A DNA stretch of 64,000 bases from Candidatus Gastranaerophilales bacterium (GTDB taxonomy: Bacteria; Cyanobacteriota; Vampirovibrionia; Gastranaerophilales; Gastranaerophilaceae). A program made the translations under genes and the position numbers. The stretch is from contig JAFQHZ010000009.1 in the NCBI GenBank assembly GCA_017415185.1, positions 9,979 through 73,978 on the forward strand. Reading direction: 5' to 3'. The notes under the pieces are model-generated. The model was not told the DNA's origin and did not search any database. It worked only from the letters and a program-made list of their open reading frames with translations. The first letter of the stretch is position 1. Each line of letters starts with the position of its first letter. Below are positions 1 to 9,710 of this stretch, one piece after another.

Positions 1-343
1 TAGACATTTTAAATTCTTGCGCTTTTTTTCGCATTTCTTTAGCAATTTGTTTTTGTTTGTCTAAATATGGCTCCAATAAATCTTTTTGGCGTTTTTCATA
101 CTGACAAAAATCAAAGAATTTTTTCAATTCTTTAAAAAACAAATCATCCTCAAGATAATCTTTAACAAATTCAAAATGCGGATTTTCAATATCCAAATAA
201 TATTTTTCATCCTCTAAAAATTTATATGCCAAATCTTCGCTATTTAGCTCAAACTTTTTAAAATAGGACTTCAATGTCCCTAAAAGTTGGGATTTTTGGC
301 GAGGAGTCAAATATAAAAAAAGAGAATTTTTAATATTTTGCAT
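1..343 (-). CDS. hypothetical protein (partial; C-terminal part runs off the window start)
   Basis: My own translation of the minus strand from ATG (343-341) is open to position 1: MQNIKNSLFLYLTPRQKSQLLGTLKSYFKKFELNSEDLAYKF... The start overlaps the stop of the upstream small ORF (TAAATG context), which suggests a two-gene operon. I recognise no family. Confidence 0.4.
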   Translation of the reverse strand, partial: MQNIKNSLFLYLTPRQKSQLLGTLKSYFKKFELNSEDLAYKFLEDEKYYLDIENPHFEFVKDYLEDDLFFKELKKFFDFCQYEKRQKDLLEPYLDKQKQIAKEMRKKAQEFKMS

Positions 344-508
344 TTAAAATAAATCTTTTAGCGATATTTCACGTTTTAATTTTTGAAAAGACAAAAGCTT
401 TGCCTGTATTGGATTTTGGGCAAATTTATTTTCCAAAAACTCTGCGTCTTTTTTCGCACGTTTTTTGAGTTCTTGTTCTTTTAAAAATGTGATTTTGTCT
501 TTTTTCAT
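344..508 (-). CDS. small hypothetical protein (54 aa), Lys/Glu-rich
   Basis: Manual translation gives MKKDKITFLKEQELKKRAKKDAEFLENKFAQNPIQAKLLSFQKLKREISLKDLF. It is below the ORF-track length cut-off. Its stop is directly adjacent to the start of the downstream ORF. I recognise no family. Confidence 0.3.
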   Translation of the reverse strand: MKKDKITFLKEQELKKRAKKDAEFLENKFAQNPIQAKLLSFQKLKREISLKDLF

Positions 509-653
509 AATTGAATTATATCACTAAAGTATATCTCTCGTATCTATATAAAGTATTATTTTTGTGAAAAATTGCCCCGATTAGTTACATTAATTTAACA
601 ATTATATTTACACAGTGCTTTTTTTGCTATAATCCAATAAGAAAGATGGATTT

Positions 654-1418
654 ATGATTGCAATTAAAAGAAAAATAATTGATTTTATTAAAAAAACAAA
701 TATTATCAAAAAAATCAATTATAATAAATTTGTTTTTTATTTTCTTTTCGGCTTAAAAAGCCAATTTGGGCAATTCAAAATTAACATCAGCACAAAATGC
801 CTCGTTTTGTCGCAATATCCTGGCGCAGAAACAAAAGGGCTTGGAGGCTTAATTGCGCAATATCCAAAAAACTTTGAAATCCTTTGTTTGACCAACGGTT
901 CAAGCTTATTGCCGCAATTTGACTCAATCGAATCTGCAAGCATTAAAAAACAACAATTCACAGACGTGATGAAATCTTCAAGGGTTAAAGGATATAAAAT
1001 TTTTGATATAGACGACAAAACGCTAAAAAATCATTATTCAACTTTTAAAAAAATTGACATTTCAGAAGCCGACTACATTTTCGTTCCAAACGTTTACGAT
1101 AATAATATCGACACAATCGCTCTTTTAAAGCATTTCAAACAAATTTTAAAAGACAAAGAACACAAAGAAAATTTGAAAGTTATTATGTATGAATCAGATT
1201 TTCCGCTTTGTGCGCTTGATTATTTTGTTGATATTAGCTCGATTATCGGCACAAAAAAAAGAATGCTAGAAACATATTATCCATCTGACAAATACCCAAA
1301 TTTAGTCAACAAAACACTTGGAATCAATGCTTTTCGCTCAATTCAACACGGATGTGATTATTGCGAAACATTCATGGCATTTTCTGTTGATGAATTCCTA
1401 AAAATTCCTTTGATTTAA
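654..1418 (+). CDS. PIG-L/LmbE-fold protein with degenerate metal-binding motifs (probable pseudoenzyme)
   Basis: The layout follows the PIG-L family: LVLSQYPGAETKGLGGLIAQ...LCLTNGS, then D..L, then KVIMYESDFP...VDIS...K..L..Y, then C-terminal ...ETF. The canonical HPDD(E) is YPGAE, and the D-x-H-x-DH region reads DNNIDT. Confidence 0.4.
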   Translation: MIAIKRKIIDFIKKTNIIKKINYNKFVFYFLFGLKSQFGQFKINISTKCLVLSQYPGAETKGLGGLIAQYPKNFEILCLTNGSSLLPQFDSIESASIKKQQFTDVMKSSRVKGYKIFDIDDKTLKNHYSTFKKIDISEADYIFVPNVYDNNIDTIALLKHFKQILKDKEHKENLKVIMYESDFPLCALDYFVDISSIIGTKKRMLETYYPSDKYPNLVNKTLGINAFRSIQHGCDYCETFMAFSVDEFLKIPLI

Positions 1419-1493
1419 TTCGTTCATTTAATTGAATTCACTAAGCCCATTATCTCAATTTATGCTAAAATTTAATGGGACAAGGAGTTTTAA

Positions 1494-3059
1494 ATGAATA
1501 ATAAAAAAGAGGAAGAACGCAACGAATTGCATCGTGCTATTTGGAATATTGCAAATGACCTTAGAGGCAGCGTTGATGGTTGGGATTTCAAACAATATGT
1601 TTTAGGCATAATGTTTTATCGATATATTTCAGAAAATATCACCAACTATATCAACAAAGTACAGCACGAAGCTGGTATGGAAAATTTTGATTATACAAAA
1701 TTATCAGACGAAGAATCCTTGTCTGCTAAAGACTATCTTATCCAAACAAAGGGCTTCTTTATTAAACCAAGCGAATTATTTTCGAATATCAAACTTAAAG
1801 CCGCTAGTGATGATAATTTAAATGTTACATTAGATAAAATATTCAACAATATTGAAAGTTCAGCCATTGGAACAGCTAGCGAAGCTGATTTTAAAGGTTT
1901 ATTTGATGATTTAGATGTTAATAGCAATAAACTTGGTTCAACGGTTGCCGAGCGCAACAAAAAGCTTGTTAAACTTATTAATGGCATTGCTGATATGAAA
2001 CTAGGCAATTATCAAGACAACACAATTGACGCTTTTGGAGATGCATACGAGTTTTTGATGAGCATGTATGCAAGCAACGCCGGCAAATCTGGCGGAGAAT
2101 ATTTCACACCTCAAGAAGTTTCAGAACTATTGACAAAAATTGCCCTAGGAGATAAAAAAACAGTTAATAAGGTGTATGACCCAGCTTGTGGTTCTGGTTC
2201 TTTGCTTTTAAAATCAGCAAAAATACTTGGCAAAGAAAATGTTAGAAATGGTTTCTTTGGTCAAGAAATAAATATCACAACTTATAACCTTTGCAGAATC
2301 AATATGTTTTTGCATGATATTGAATTTGATAAATTTGATATTGCGCATGGAAACACCTTAACATCTCCAAAACACTGGAATGATGAGCCTTTCGAAGTTA
2401 TCATTTCCAATCCACCGTATTCAATACAATGGGAAGGAGATAGTAACCCATTGTTGATTAATGACCCTCGTTTCTCTCCTGCTGGAGTACTTGCACCAAA
2501 ATCTAAAGCAGATTTAGCGTTTATTATGCACTCATTAAGCTGGTTAGCTTCTAATGGTACTGCTGCGATAGTTTGTTTCCCAGGAATAATGTATCGTGGC
2601 GGCGCAGAACAAAAAATAAGAAAATACCTTGTAGATAACAACTTTGTAGATTGTATTATCCAATTACCAGATAACCTATTCTTTGGCACTTCTATTGCTA
2701 CTTGTATTATGGTGTTGAAGAAAAATAAAACTGATAACTCAACTTTATTCATTGATGCAAGCAAAGAATGTGCTAAGGTTACAAACAATAATAAACTAAA
2801 AGAAGAACACATCTCCAACATCTTGAAATACTATACCGATAGACAAGATGTAGAATATATTGCTAAACTTGTTCCAAACTCTAAAGTTGCAGAAGAAAAA
2901 TATAACTTATCTGTATCAACTTATGTGAAGCAAAAAGATACCAGAGAGGTTATTGATATAACGGAATTAAATAAAGAAATAGCTGAAATTGTTGAGCATG
3001 AAGCCCAATTAAGAGCCGAAATAGATAAGATTATAGCAGAAATTGAAGCAGGTGCTTAA
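1494..3059 (+). CDS. hsdM: Type I restriction-modification system, DNA methyltransferase subunit M
   Basis: It has the HsdM N-terminal domain, AdoMet motif [12 protein letters not shown] and catalytic NPPYS. It is 521 aa. The stop overlaps the hsdS start (TAATG). Confidence 0.93.
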   Translation: MNNKKEEERNELHRAIWNIANDLRGSVDGWDFKQYVLGIMFYRYISENITNYINKVQHEAGMENFDYTKLSDEESLSAKDYLIQTKGFFIKPSELFSNIKLKAASDDNLNVTLDKIFNNIESSAIGTASEADFKGLFDDLDVNSNKLGSTVAERNKKLVKLINGIADMKLGNYQDNTIDAFGDAYEFLMSMYASNAGKSGGEYFTPQEVSELLTKIALGDKKTVNKVYDPACGSGSLLLKSAKILGKENVRNGFFGQEINITTYNLCRINMFLHDIEFDKFDIAHGNTLTSPKHWNDEPFEVIISNPPYSIQWEGDSNPLLINDPRFSPAGVLAPKSKADLAFIMHSLSWLASNGTAAIVCFPGIMYRGGAEQKIRKYLVDNNFVDCIIQLPDNLFFGTSIATCIMVLKKNKTDNSTLFIDASKECAKVTNNNKLKEEHISNILKYYTDRQDVEYIAKLVPNSKVAEEKYNLSVSTYVKQKDTREVIDITELNKEIAEIVEHEAQLRAEIDKIIAEIEAGA

Positions 3060-4156
3060 TGAGCAAACTTGATGAGCTAATTCAAGAATTATGTCCTAAT
3101 GGAGTTGAATACAAGACACTTGCGGAATTACTTAAGATTACCACAGGGAAACTAAACGCAAACGCAATGGTTGAAAATGGACAATATGCTTTTTTCACAT
3201 GCGCAGAAACTCCTTATTACATTGATACATTTGCTTTTGATTGCGAAGCAATTTTAATATCTGGCAATGGTAGCAAAGTTGGGCATATTAACCATTACAT
3301 TGGAAAATTTAATGCATATCAAAGAACTTATGTATTATTTGATTTTAACCAAAAACTAAACGTTAAATTTCTATATTATTATTTAAAAACAACTCTCAAA
3401 CCATACATATTAGACAAACAAAAAGACGGTTCTGTGCCTTATATTACCTTACCAATGCTAGAGCAATTCGTTATTCCCTTTCCTGCAAAAGAAATACAAA
3501 ATGAAATTGTTCAAATTCTTGATAATTTTACAAAACTTGAAACGCAACTTAAAAAAGAACTTAATGCCCGAAAAAAACAATACGAATATTACAGAGACAA
3601 GCTTTTAAATTTTGATAAAAATATTAATCATAAAACGATAAAAGAAATTTGCAATAGCTTAACCAAAAAAACATTGAAAAAGAGCCAATTAATGCAAGGA
3701 GAAAAATATCCAGTTATAAATTCTGGAAGAGAATTTTATGGTTATTACAACAAATATAATAATGAGACACCAGCTTTCTGCTTAGCTTCACGAGGCGAAT
3801 ACGCAGGCTTTATAACATACATCGATGTTCCTTTTTGGGCTGGAGGTTTGTGTTATCCATACGCAAGCAAAACTCAAGAAATTTCAACAAAATTCATATA
3901 TTATTACCTTAAATCAAAAGAACAACATATAATGGATGTAGTGGTTGACAGAGGAAGCATTCCAGCTCTAAACAAAACCAATATTGAAAAATATAAAATT
4001 CCAACACCGCCAATTGAAACACAAAACAAAATTGTTCAAATTTTAGATAATTTTAAAAATCTCATAACAAAATTAGAAAATGAGATTGAAGCTCGCCAAA
4101 AACAATATGAATATTATCGAGATAAATTATTGACCTTTAAGGAGAAAACAGCCTAA
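3059..4156 (+). CDS. hsdS: Type I restriction-modification system, specificity subunit S
   Basis: There are two target-recognition domains. Each is followed by the conserved coiled-coil repeat IVQILDNF..L...L..E..AR.KQYEYYRDKLL.F, present twice. The gene lies between hsdM and hsdR with overlapping stop/start codons. Confidence 0.9.
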   Translation: MSKLDELIQELCPNGVEYKTLAELLKITTGKLNANAMVENGQYAFFTCAETPYYIDTFAFDCEAILISGNGSKVGHINHYIGKFNAYQRTYVLFDFNQKLNVKFLYYYLKTTLKPYILDKQKDGSVPYITLPMLEQFVIPFPAKEIQNEIVQILDNFTKLETQLKKELNARKKQYEYYRDKLLNFDKNINHKTIKEICNSLTKKTLKKSQLMQGEKYPVINSGREFYGYYNKYNNETPAFCLASRGEYAGFITYIDVPFWAGGLCYPYASKTQEISTKFIYYYLKSKEQHIMDVVVDRGSIPALNKTNIEKYKIPTPPIETQNKIVQILDNFKNLITKLENEIEARQKQYEYYRDKLLTFKEKTA

Positions 4157-7100
4157 TGACAAGCAGTTATAATATCGTTGCCAGCACAAACCAAAGCACA
4201 GTCGTTGCAAAATATATACCAGACGAAAGAAAAGCCACGGCTTTTCAAAGCGAAGCTGAACTTGAAAATGAATTTATAAAAATATTAACTACTCTTGGTT
4301 ACGAATACATCAAAATTAAAAACGAAAAAGAATTAGTTGCCAATTTAAGAAAACAGCTAGAACTTCTTAACAATTTTAAATTTGAAGACGATGAATGGGA
4401 ACGATTTTACACTGAGTGCATCGCAAGCGCAAGCGAAGGCATTGTTGAAAAAACTAAAAAAATTCAAACTGGACATGTATTATCTTTTAAATGTAACAAT
4501 GGCAGAAGCGAAAATATACGCCTATTAGACAAAAAAGATATTCACAACAACAAATTGCAAGTAATCAACCAATACGAAGAACACGAAGGAAAGCATGAAA
4601 CCAGATATGATGTTACTATTTTAGTGAATGGCTTACCTTTAGTTCATATAGAATTAAAGCGTAGAGGTGTAGCCATTAAAGAAGCATTCAATCAAATCAA
4701 TCGTTATCAAAGAGATAGCTTCTGGGCTTCCAGCGGATTGTATGAGTACGTTCAAATATTTGTTATATCAAATGGGACAAATACTAAATATTACTCAAAC
4801 ACAACAAGAGAATCAGCCAAAAAAGAACAAAATAATATTAAAAACAGCAAAAGTAAACAAACAAGTAATAGTTTCGAATTTACTTCCTATTGGGCTGATG
4901 CTAGTAACAAAATTATTCCTGATTTAATTGATTTTACAAAAACTTTCTTTGCTAAACATACATTATTAAATATTCTCACTAAGTTCTGTGTATTCACATC
5001 AGAAGATTTGTTGCTTGTAATGAGACCTTATCAGATTTCTGCATGTGAAAAAATATTATCAAGAATTGAAGTAGCAAATAACTATAAATGGTATGGAAAA
5101 GTTGAAGGTGGTGGATATATTTGGCATACAACTGGTTCTGGAAAAACTTTAACCTCATTTAAGACAGCCCAACTGGCATGTGAACTTCCATATATTGACA
5201 AAGTATTGTTTGTTGTTGATAGAAAAGATTTAGATTTTCAAACAATGAAAGAATACGACAAATTTGAAGAAGGAGCAGCAAACGGCAACACTTCAACATC
5301 TATATTAAAAAAACAACTAGAAGATAATAACGCCAAAATTATCATTACAACAATTCAAAAATTAAATATTTTTATCAATAAAAACAAAGGACACGATGTA
5401 TTTAATAAACATGTAGTTATTATATTTGACGAATGTCATAGGTCTCAATTCGGCGAAATGCACTCTCAAATTATTAATTCATTTAAAAAATATCATTTAT
5501 TTGGCTTCACTGGTACGCCAATTTTTGCACTAAACACAGAAAAAGGAAACAAAAAAGACAAAAACGGGAAAATAATGCAAAAAACTACGCCTCAAATTTT
5601 CGGAGGCGAGCCAGACGAGAAAGGCAACAAAATATTGGCGCTTCATACCTATACTATTGTTAATGCAATTAACGACAACAATGTTTTGCCTTTTCGAATC
5701 GATTATATCAGTACCATGAAAGCCAAAGAAAATATCAAAGACGAAGAAATCACGGCAATCGACAAAGAAAAAGCAATGCTTGCCCCTAAAAGAATTTCAG
5801 AAATAACAAAATACATCCTAGAACATTTCGACCAAAAAACAATGCGAAATACAAGGACTTATGAATTCAACAAACTGATGAATATTCAAGAAGTTTCTTG
5901 CGATAAATCAAGAAATAAAATCAAAGAAATTAAAGAAAAAGTAAGATTAACGGGCTTTAATTCTATGTTTGCAGTTGCATCCATTGAAATGGCAAAAACA
6001 TATTATGCGGAATTCAAAAAGCAAATGGGAGAATTTCCAAAACTTAAAGTTGCTTTAATATATAGTTTTGGCACAAACGAAGATACAGAAGAAGGAATAT
6101 TAACAGAAGAAAATTCAGAAGACACAAGCAATCTTGATGAATCTTCAACAGATTTTCTAGACTCAGCCATTAACGATTATAATAAAATGTTTGCAACAAA
6201 TTACGATACATCAGCTGACAAATTCCAAAACTACTACAAAGATGTTTCTCAAAGAATGAAAAATCGAGAAATTGATTTGCTTATTGTTGCAAATATGTTC
6301 CTTACGGGCTTTGATGCTACAACATTAAATACATTATGGGTTGATAAAAATTTAAAATACCATGGCTTAATTCAAGCATTTTCAAGAACAAATAGAATCC
6401 TTAACTCTATTAAGACCTATGGCAACATTGTATGCTTCAGAGATTTAGAAGAAAGAACAAAAGACGCCATAGCACTATTTGGTGATGAAAATGCGGGAAG
6501 TATTGTATTATTAAGAACTTTCAAGGAATATTACTATGGCTATCAAGATAATAATGGCAAAAATCACAAAGGTTATATTGATTTAATTAATGAATTAAAT
6601 GAAAAGTTCCCACTAAGCAACCAGATTATTGGGGAAAAGAACGAAAAGGACTTTATTGCATTATTTGGCGCAATATTAAAAATGAAAAATATATTAACTT
6701 CATTTGATGATTTTAAAGGAATGTCAATTTTATCAGAAAGAGACTTTCAAGATCACCAAAGCAATTATTTGGATTTATATTACAAATGGAGAAAAAAAGA
6801 GGATGCGGAAAAAACCAATATCAATGATGATATTATTTTCGAAATAGAACTAATAAAACAAGTGGAAGTTAATATCGATTATATTTTAATGCTGGTCGCA
6901 AAATATCATGCCAGCAATTGCAAAAACAAGGAAATTCTTGTTGATATTAACAAAGCAATTGGTTCAAGTAGCCAACTAAGAAGTAAAAAAGAATTAATTG
7001 AAGCATTTATTGCAACTATAAACACAAATACTAAAATAGAAGAAGATTGGAAAAAATTTGTAGAAGAACAAAAAGAGGCAGATTTAACTGCAATTATAAA

Positions 7101-7305
7101 AGAAGAAAACCTCAAACAAGATGAAACTAAAAAGTTTATTGAAAACTCTTTTAGAGATGGAGAATTGAAAACAACAGGCACAGCAATAAGCAATATCCTA
7201 CCGCCTACGCCTCTTTTCGGCGCAAAAATAAATAGGCAAACAAAGCAACAAACAATAGTTGAAAAATTATCAAAATTCTTTGAAAAATACTTGGGAATTG
7301 TATAA
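4156..7305 (+). CDS. hsdR: Type I restriction enzyme, endonuclease/helicase subunit R
   Basis: It is 1049 aa. SF2 helicase motif I is HTTGSGKTLT and the DEAD/H box is FDECHRSQ. A C-terminal HsdR domain is present. It is the third gene of the hsdMSR operon. Confidence 0.93.
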   Translation: MTSSYNIVASTNQSTVVAKYIPDERKATAFQSEAELENEFIKILTTLGYEYIKIKNEKELVANLRKQLELLNNFKFEDDEWERFYTECIASASEGIVEKTKKIQTGHVLSFKCNNGRSENIRLLDKKDIHNNKLQVINQYEEHEGKHETRYDVTILVNGLPLVHIELKRRGVAIKEAFNQINRYQRDSFWASSGLYEYVQIFVISNGTNTKYYSNTTRESAKKEQNNIKNSKSKQTSNSFEFTSYWADASNKIIPDLIDFTKTFFAKHTLLNILTKFCVFTSEDLLLVMRPYQISACEKILSRIEVANNYKWYGKVEGGGYIWHTTGSGKTLTSFKTAQLACELPYIDKVLFVVDRKDLDFQTMKEYDKFEEGAANGNTSTSILKKQLEDNNAKIIITTIQKLNIFINKNKGHDVFNKHVVIIFDECHRSQFGEMHSQIINSFKKYHLFGFTGTPIFALNTEKGNKKDKNGKIMQKTTPQIFGGEPDEKGNKILALHTYTIVNAINDNNVLPFRIDYISTMKAKENIKDEEITAIDKEKAMLAPKRISEITKYILEHFDQKTMRNTRTYEFNKLMNIQEVSCDKSRNKIKEIKEKVRLTGFNSMFAVASIEMAKTYYAEFKKQMGEFPKLKVALIYSFGTNEDTEEGILTEENSEDTSNLDESSTDFLDSAINDYNKMFATNYDTSADKFQNYYKDVSQRMKNREIDLLIVANMFLTGFDATTLNTLWVDKNLKYHGLIQAFSRTNRILNSIKTYGNIVCFRDLEERTKDAIALFGDENAGSIVLLRTFKEYYYGYQDNNGKNHKGYIDLINELNEKFPLSNQIIGEKNEKDFIALFGAILKMKNILTSFDDFKGMSILSERDFQDHQSNYLDLYYKWRKKEDAEKTNINDDIIFEIELIKQVEVNIDYILMLVAKYHASNCKNKEILVDINKAIGSSSQLRSKKELIEAFIATINTNTKIEEDWKKFVEEQKEADLTAIIKEENLKQDETKKFIENSFRDGELKTTGTAISNILPPTPLFGAKINRQTKQQTIVEKLSKFFEKYLGIV

Positions 7306-7322
7306 CTGTCGTTTATATATAA

Positions 7323-7403
7323 TGCTGACGGGGAGACTCGAACTCCCACAGCTCTCGCCACATGCACCTCAAGCATGCGTGTCTACCATTCCACCACGTC
7401 AGC
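7323..7403 (-). tRNA. tRNA-Leu (anticodon GAG), class II with long variable arm
   Basis: The minus strand reads GCTGACGTGGTGGAATGGTAGACACGCATGCTTGAGGTGCATGTGGCGAGAGCTGTGGGAGTTCGAGTCTCCCCGTCAGCA. The 7-bp acceptor stem is GCTGACG/CGTCAGC. The anticodon stem is CATGC/GCATG with loop TTGAGGT, giving anticodon GAG. A long variable arm and a GTTCGAGTC T-loop are present. CCA is not encoded. Confidence 0.85.
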
Positions 7404-7407
7404 ATAA

Positions 7408-7666
7408 TACCGCACTATACCTATCGTCAAAATAACAATAGCCCTACGATTAAAAAACCTCCTAAATAAATCTCTATACCCACAAACTCGACCTTAGAGC
7501 TGCTATGTTTCCATCCTGACTCGGTTGGGGTGAATTTATGCCATAAAGACCTAAATCATCAACGATTTTCGAATTTTCAAACTACGATTAAATTTGCCTC
7601 ATAGTATACTCTGCACCCGACATAAGCTTTCGGTCAAGAGGATGCAACCCCCCGTGAAGTGCGGCA
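7408..7666 (-). ncRNA. ffs: signal recognition particle RNA, long (Alu-domain-containing) form; ends approximate
   Basis: The minus strand at 7520-7499 reads GUCAGGAUGGAAACAUAGCAGC. This is the SRP domain IV signature: GUCAGG, then helix AUG-GAAA(GNRA)-CAU, then AGCAGC. A terminal helix closes the molecule at about 255 nt by pairing CCGCACU (7664-7658) with AGUGCGG (7416-7410). The region is locally GC-enriched and has no ORF. Confidence 0.7.
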
Positions 7667-7694
7667 AAAATATTTTATCATAAAATTAAATTAT

Positions 7695-7723
7695 TTACAT
7701 AACTAATATAATTAAGCTATAAT
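7695..7723 (+). promoter_or_regulatory. putative sigma70-type promoter for the 7750 gene
   Basis: TTACAT (7695-7700), a 17-nt spacer, then TATAAT (7718-7723). A GGAG ribosome-binding site lies before ATG 7750. Confidence 0.35.
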
Positions 7724-7749
7724 GTTTTTAGAATATAGGAGTAAAGTTA

Positions 7750-8100
7750 ATGACAAAACAACCATCTGATACAACCCCAGTTGAAGTATGTATTATCACA
7801 AAAGACCACGAAATCAAAGGCACAGTATATGTTTCAAAATATACTAAATCCAATCGTGAATTAACTGAACTTCTAAACGATCAAGAAAGAAGATTCCTAG
7901 CAGTAACAAATGCTGAAATCATGCCTGTTGGCGGAACTGCCGCTCCTAGAAGATATGATTTCTTAGAAATCCACGTTGATTCAATTATGATTATGCATCC
8001 TGCTTCTCAAACTTTATTCAAAGAATCTTCAAAAGCTTCAGAAGATATTGTTAAATTTAGAGAATTAAGAAATAGATTATCTCAAACAAAACCATTCTAA
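7750..8100 (+). CDS. hypothetical protein (116 aa)
   Basis: This is a clean ORF with an AGGAG RBS 8 nt upstream and non-repetitive composition. I recognise no family. Confidence 0.5.
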   Translation: MTKQPSDTTPVEVCIITKDHEIKGTVYVSKYTKSNRELTELLNDQERRFLAVTNAEIMPVGGTAAPRRYDFLEIHVDSIMIMHPASQTLFKESSKASEDIVKFRELRNRLSQTKPF

Positions 8101-8165
8101 TATAACTATTGCTCCTTGGCTTTATCTGTGATAGCATTATATTCCTAACAAAACAGAGGAAAATT

Positions 8166-8903
8166 ATGCGTATTAGTCCAGTTACAACTAAAAACAATCA
8201 AAATTTTACAAGAACAATAAAAAACCAAGGAAAAGTTGAAATAGATAAAGGCAAAGCCACCGCAATTAGCACAAATCAGCCATATAGCGGAACAATCAAC
8301 GCTAAAAATGCTAATGGCGACGCTTATCTTTATTACAACAATGGACTATTATATGAATCAATCTATTACAAGCCTGCTGGTTTTGTTTATGGCGAAAAAA
8401 TAAGCGAAAAAGTTGTCAAAAAATATAAAAGAAATGCCGACAATACGCAAATCAATATCACAACAAATCACTACAACCCTTGGGCAACAAAAAAGCCTGA
8501 AGTTCACACGCTTCAAGAATTATACCCCAATGGCAAATTAAAAAGAAAAGAAACAAAATTTGATGGGCAAACCGATATCAAAACATTCTTCCCAAATGGA
8601 AAAATAGAATCTTCTATTCATTCTCATCAAAACGGCGAAAGCTATGGTTTAACTTTTGCATATTTTTACGACAAAAAAGGAAATTTAATCAAAAAAATTC
8701 TCCCATACAGAGACGAAACAGGGCGCAAAGTTGTTCAAAACGAATATAGGAACGGAAAAATCACAAAATCAACAAAAGCATATTTCACAACTGCGAAAAA
8801 CCCTATTACAAAAATGCCCGTTGATACAATAGGTCAACTAATCCCTATTGAAGTAGTTGAATTTAATAAAAAAGGCGAAATAACCAAAAAATATTCTGTT
8901 TAA
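8166..8903 (+). CDS. hypothetical protein with MORN-variant/YwqK-like repeats
   Basis: Repeated motifs YYNNGLLYESIYY, LYPNGKLKRKE and FFPNGKIESS resemble MORN repeat variant (YwqK-type) units. The start is moved to ATG 8166 (RBS AGAGGA upstream) rather than the track start of 8109. Confidence 0.45.
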   Translation: MRISPVTTKNNQNFTRTIKNQGKVEIDKGKATAISTNQPYSGTINAKNANGDAYLYYNNGLLYESIYYKPAGFVYGEKISEKVVKKYKRNADNTQINITTNHYNPWATKKPEVHTLQELYPNGKLKRKETKFDGQTDIKTFFPNGKIESSIHSHQNGESYGLTFAYFYDKKGNLIKKILPYRDETGRKVVQNEYRNGKITKSTKAYFTTAKNPITKMPVDTIGQLIPIEVVEFNKKGEITKKYSV

Positions 8904-8904
8904 T

Positions 8905-9468
8905 TTATTTTTCCCAAGCAATGTTGGTTTTAATAATTCTTGCAGGATTTCCCGCAATTGCAATATTTGTTTCGCTAAATTTTTTAGCAACAACGCTTGA
9001 AGTTCCAACTATTGAATCACTTGCTATTCCTGCATTTTTCAACAATGTTGCACCAAGACCTATCCAAACCCTGTCGCCTATAATAATATTTCCGCAATCA
9101 GGTATTTGTTCATTTTTATTTAAATCATAAATTTTATGACCATCGCCCGTTCTTATGGATAATTCTGAAGAAAATAAACAATCATCGCCTATTGTTAAAC
9201 TTGAATTGTCGAGCAAAGTAACATATCCGCTTCCAAAAAATAAATTATCCCCAATAATTATTTTAGAATTTTTGCCGCACATATCAAAAACAACATTATT
9301 AATTCTAACCAATTTATCTTTTGTTTTCGCGCCAAGTTCAAAATAGCAATTGTTACTCATGATTAATTTGCAATTTTTCATTTTCATAATTGGCTCATGA
9401 ACTATAACTTTCGAATTTGAACGCTTGAAAACAACTTTCAGTCCTTTAATTTTTCGAACTTTTTTCAA
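8905..9468 (-). CDS. hexapeptide-repeat (left-handed beta-helix) acyl/acetyltransferase
   Basis: The C-terminal half shows an [LIV]-G-x4 hexapeptide periodicity: IIIGDRVWIGLGATLLKNAGIASDSIVGTSSVV...IAIAGNPARIIK. Confidence 0.75.
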   Translation of the reverse strand: MKKVRKIKGLKVVFKRSNSKVIVHEPIMKMKNCKLIMSNNCYFELGAKTKDKLVRINNVVFDMCGKNSKIIIGDNLFFGSGYVTLLDNSSLTIGDDCLFSSELSIRTGDGHKIYDLNKNEQIPDCGNIIIGDRVWIGLGATLLKNAGIASDSIVGTSSVVAKKFSETNIAIAGNPARIIKTNIAWEK

Positions 9469-9656
9469 TTTGCCTGTTGGAGTTTTTAAATATATGGCGT
9501 TATTTCCAACTGAAAGATTAAAAGAAAGTTTAATTCCAAAAAATTGTATTTTTAAACATTTTTTTTCTTCAACTATATATATATATTAACGTTACGCTTA
9601 ATGAAATCTATAAATTTGTTTTTCATATTGAAATTATACTATAACTCAAGCAAATT

Positions 9657-9678
9657 AAAAGCAGGTATAAACCTGCTT
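9657..9678 (-). terminator. rho-independent terminator downstream of the 9711-9980 gene
   Basis: The minus strand has the hairpin AAGCAGG-UUUAUA-CCUGCUU followed by a U-run. Confidence 0.5.
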
Positions 9679-9710
9679 AATGATAAAACAAATATGCGAA
9701 TAGGGGAGAG

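Noticed and set aside
2282-2821. Long antisense or shadow ORFs in the supplied track. Examples are 737-1018, 1733-2008, 2282-2821, 6906-7376, 12875-13192, 14134-14546, 20760-21140, 35453-35743, 51414-51707, 51887-52213, 54247-54649, 55618-55947 and 61228-61572.
   Set aside because: Each lies wholly inside, and opposite to or out of frame with, a gene that has strong family motifs. ORF 6906-7376 additionally runs through the tRNA-Leu gene. Their compositions are typical of non-coding frames.
7410-7664. A GC-enriched non-coding segment that could have been tmRNA or RNase P RNA.
   Set aside because: It has no tRNA-like 3' end (no T-arm or ...CCACCA context) and no tag reading frame ending in a typical ...AA-stop. 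The RNase P GAGGAAAGUCC core is absent. The GUCAGG / GNRA-capped helix / AGCAGC motif and the closing terminal helix fit SRP RNA instead.
9574-9586. A (TA)6 dinucleotide tract in the region upstream of the hexapeptide acyltransferase gene, considered as a possible phase-variable promoter spacer.
   Set aside because: The tract is short and the background is extremely AT-rich. No flanking -35/-10 pair could be placed convincingly around it.
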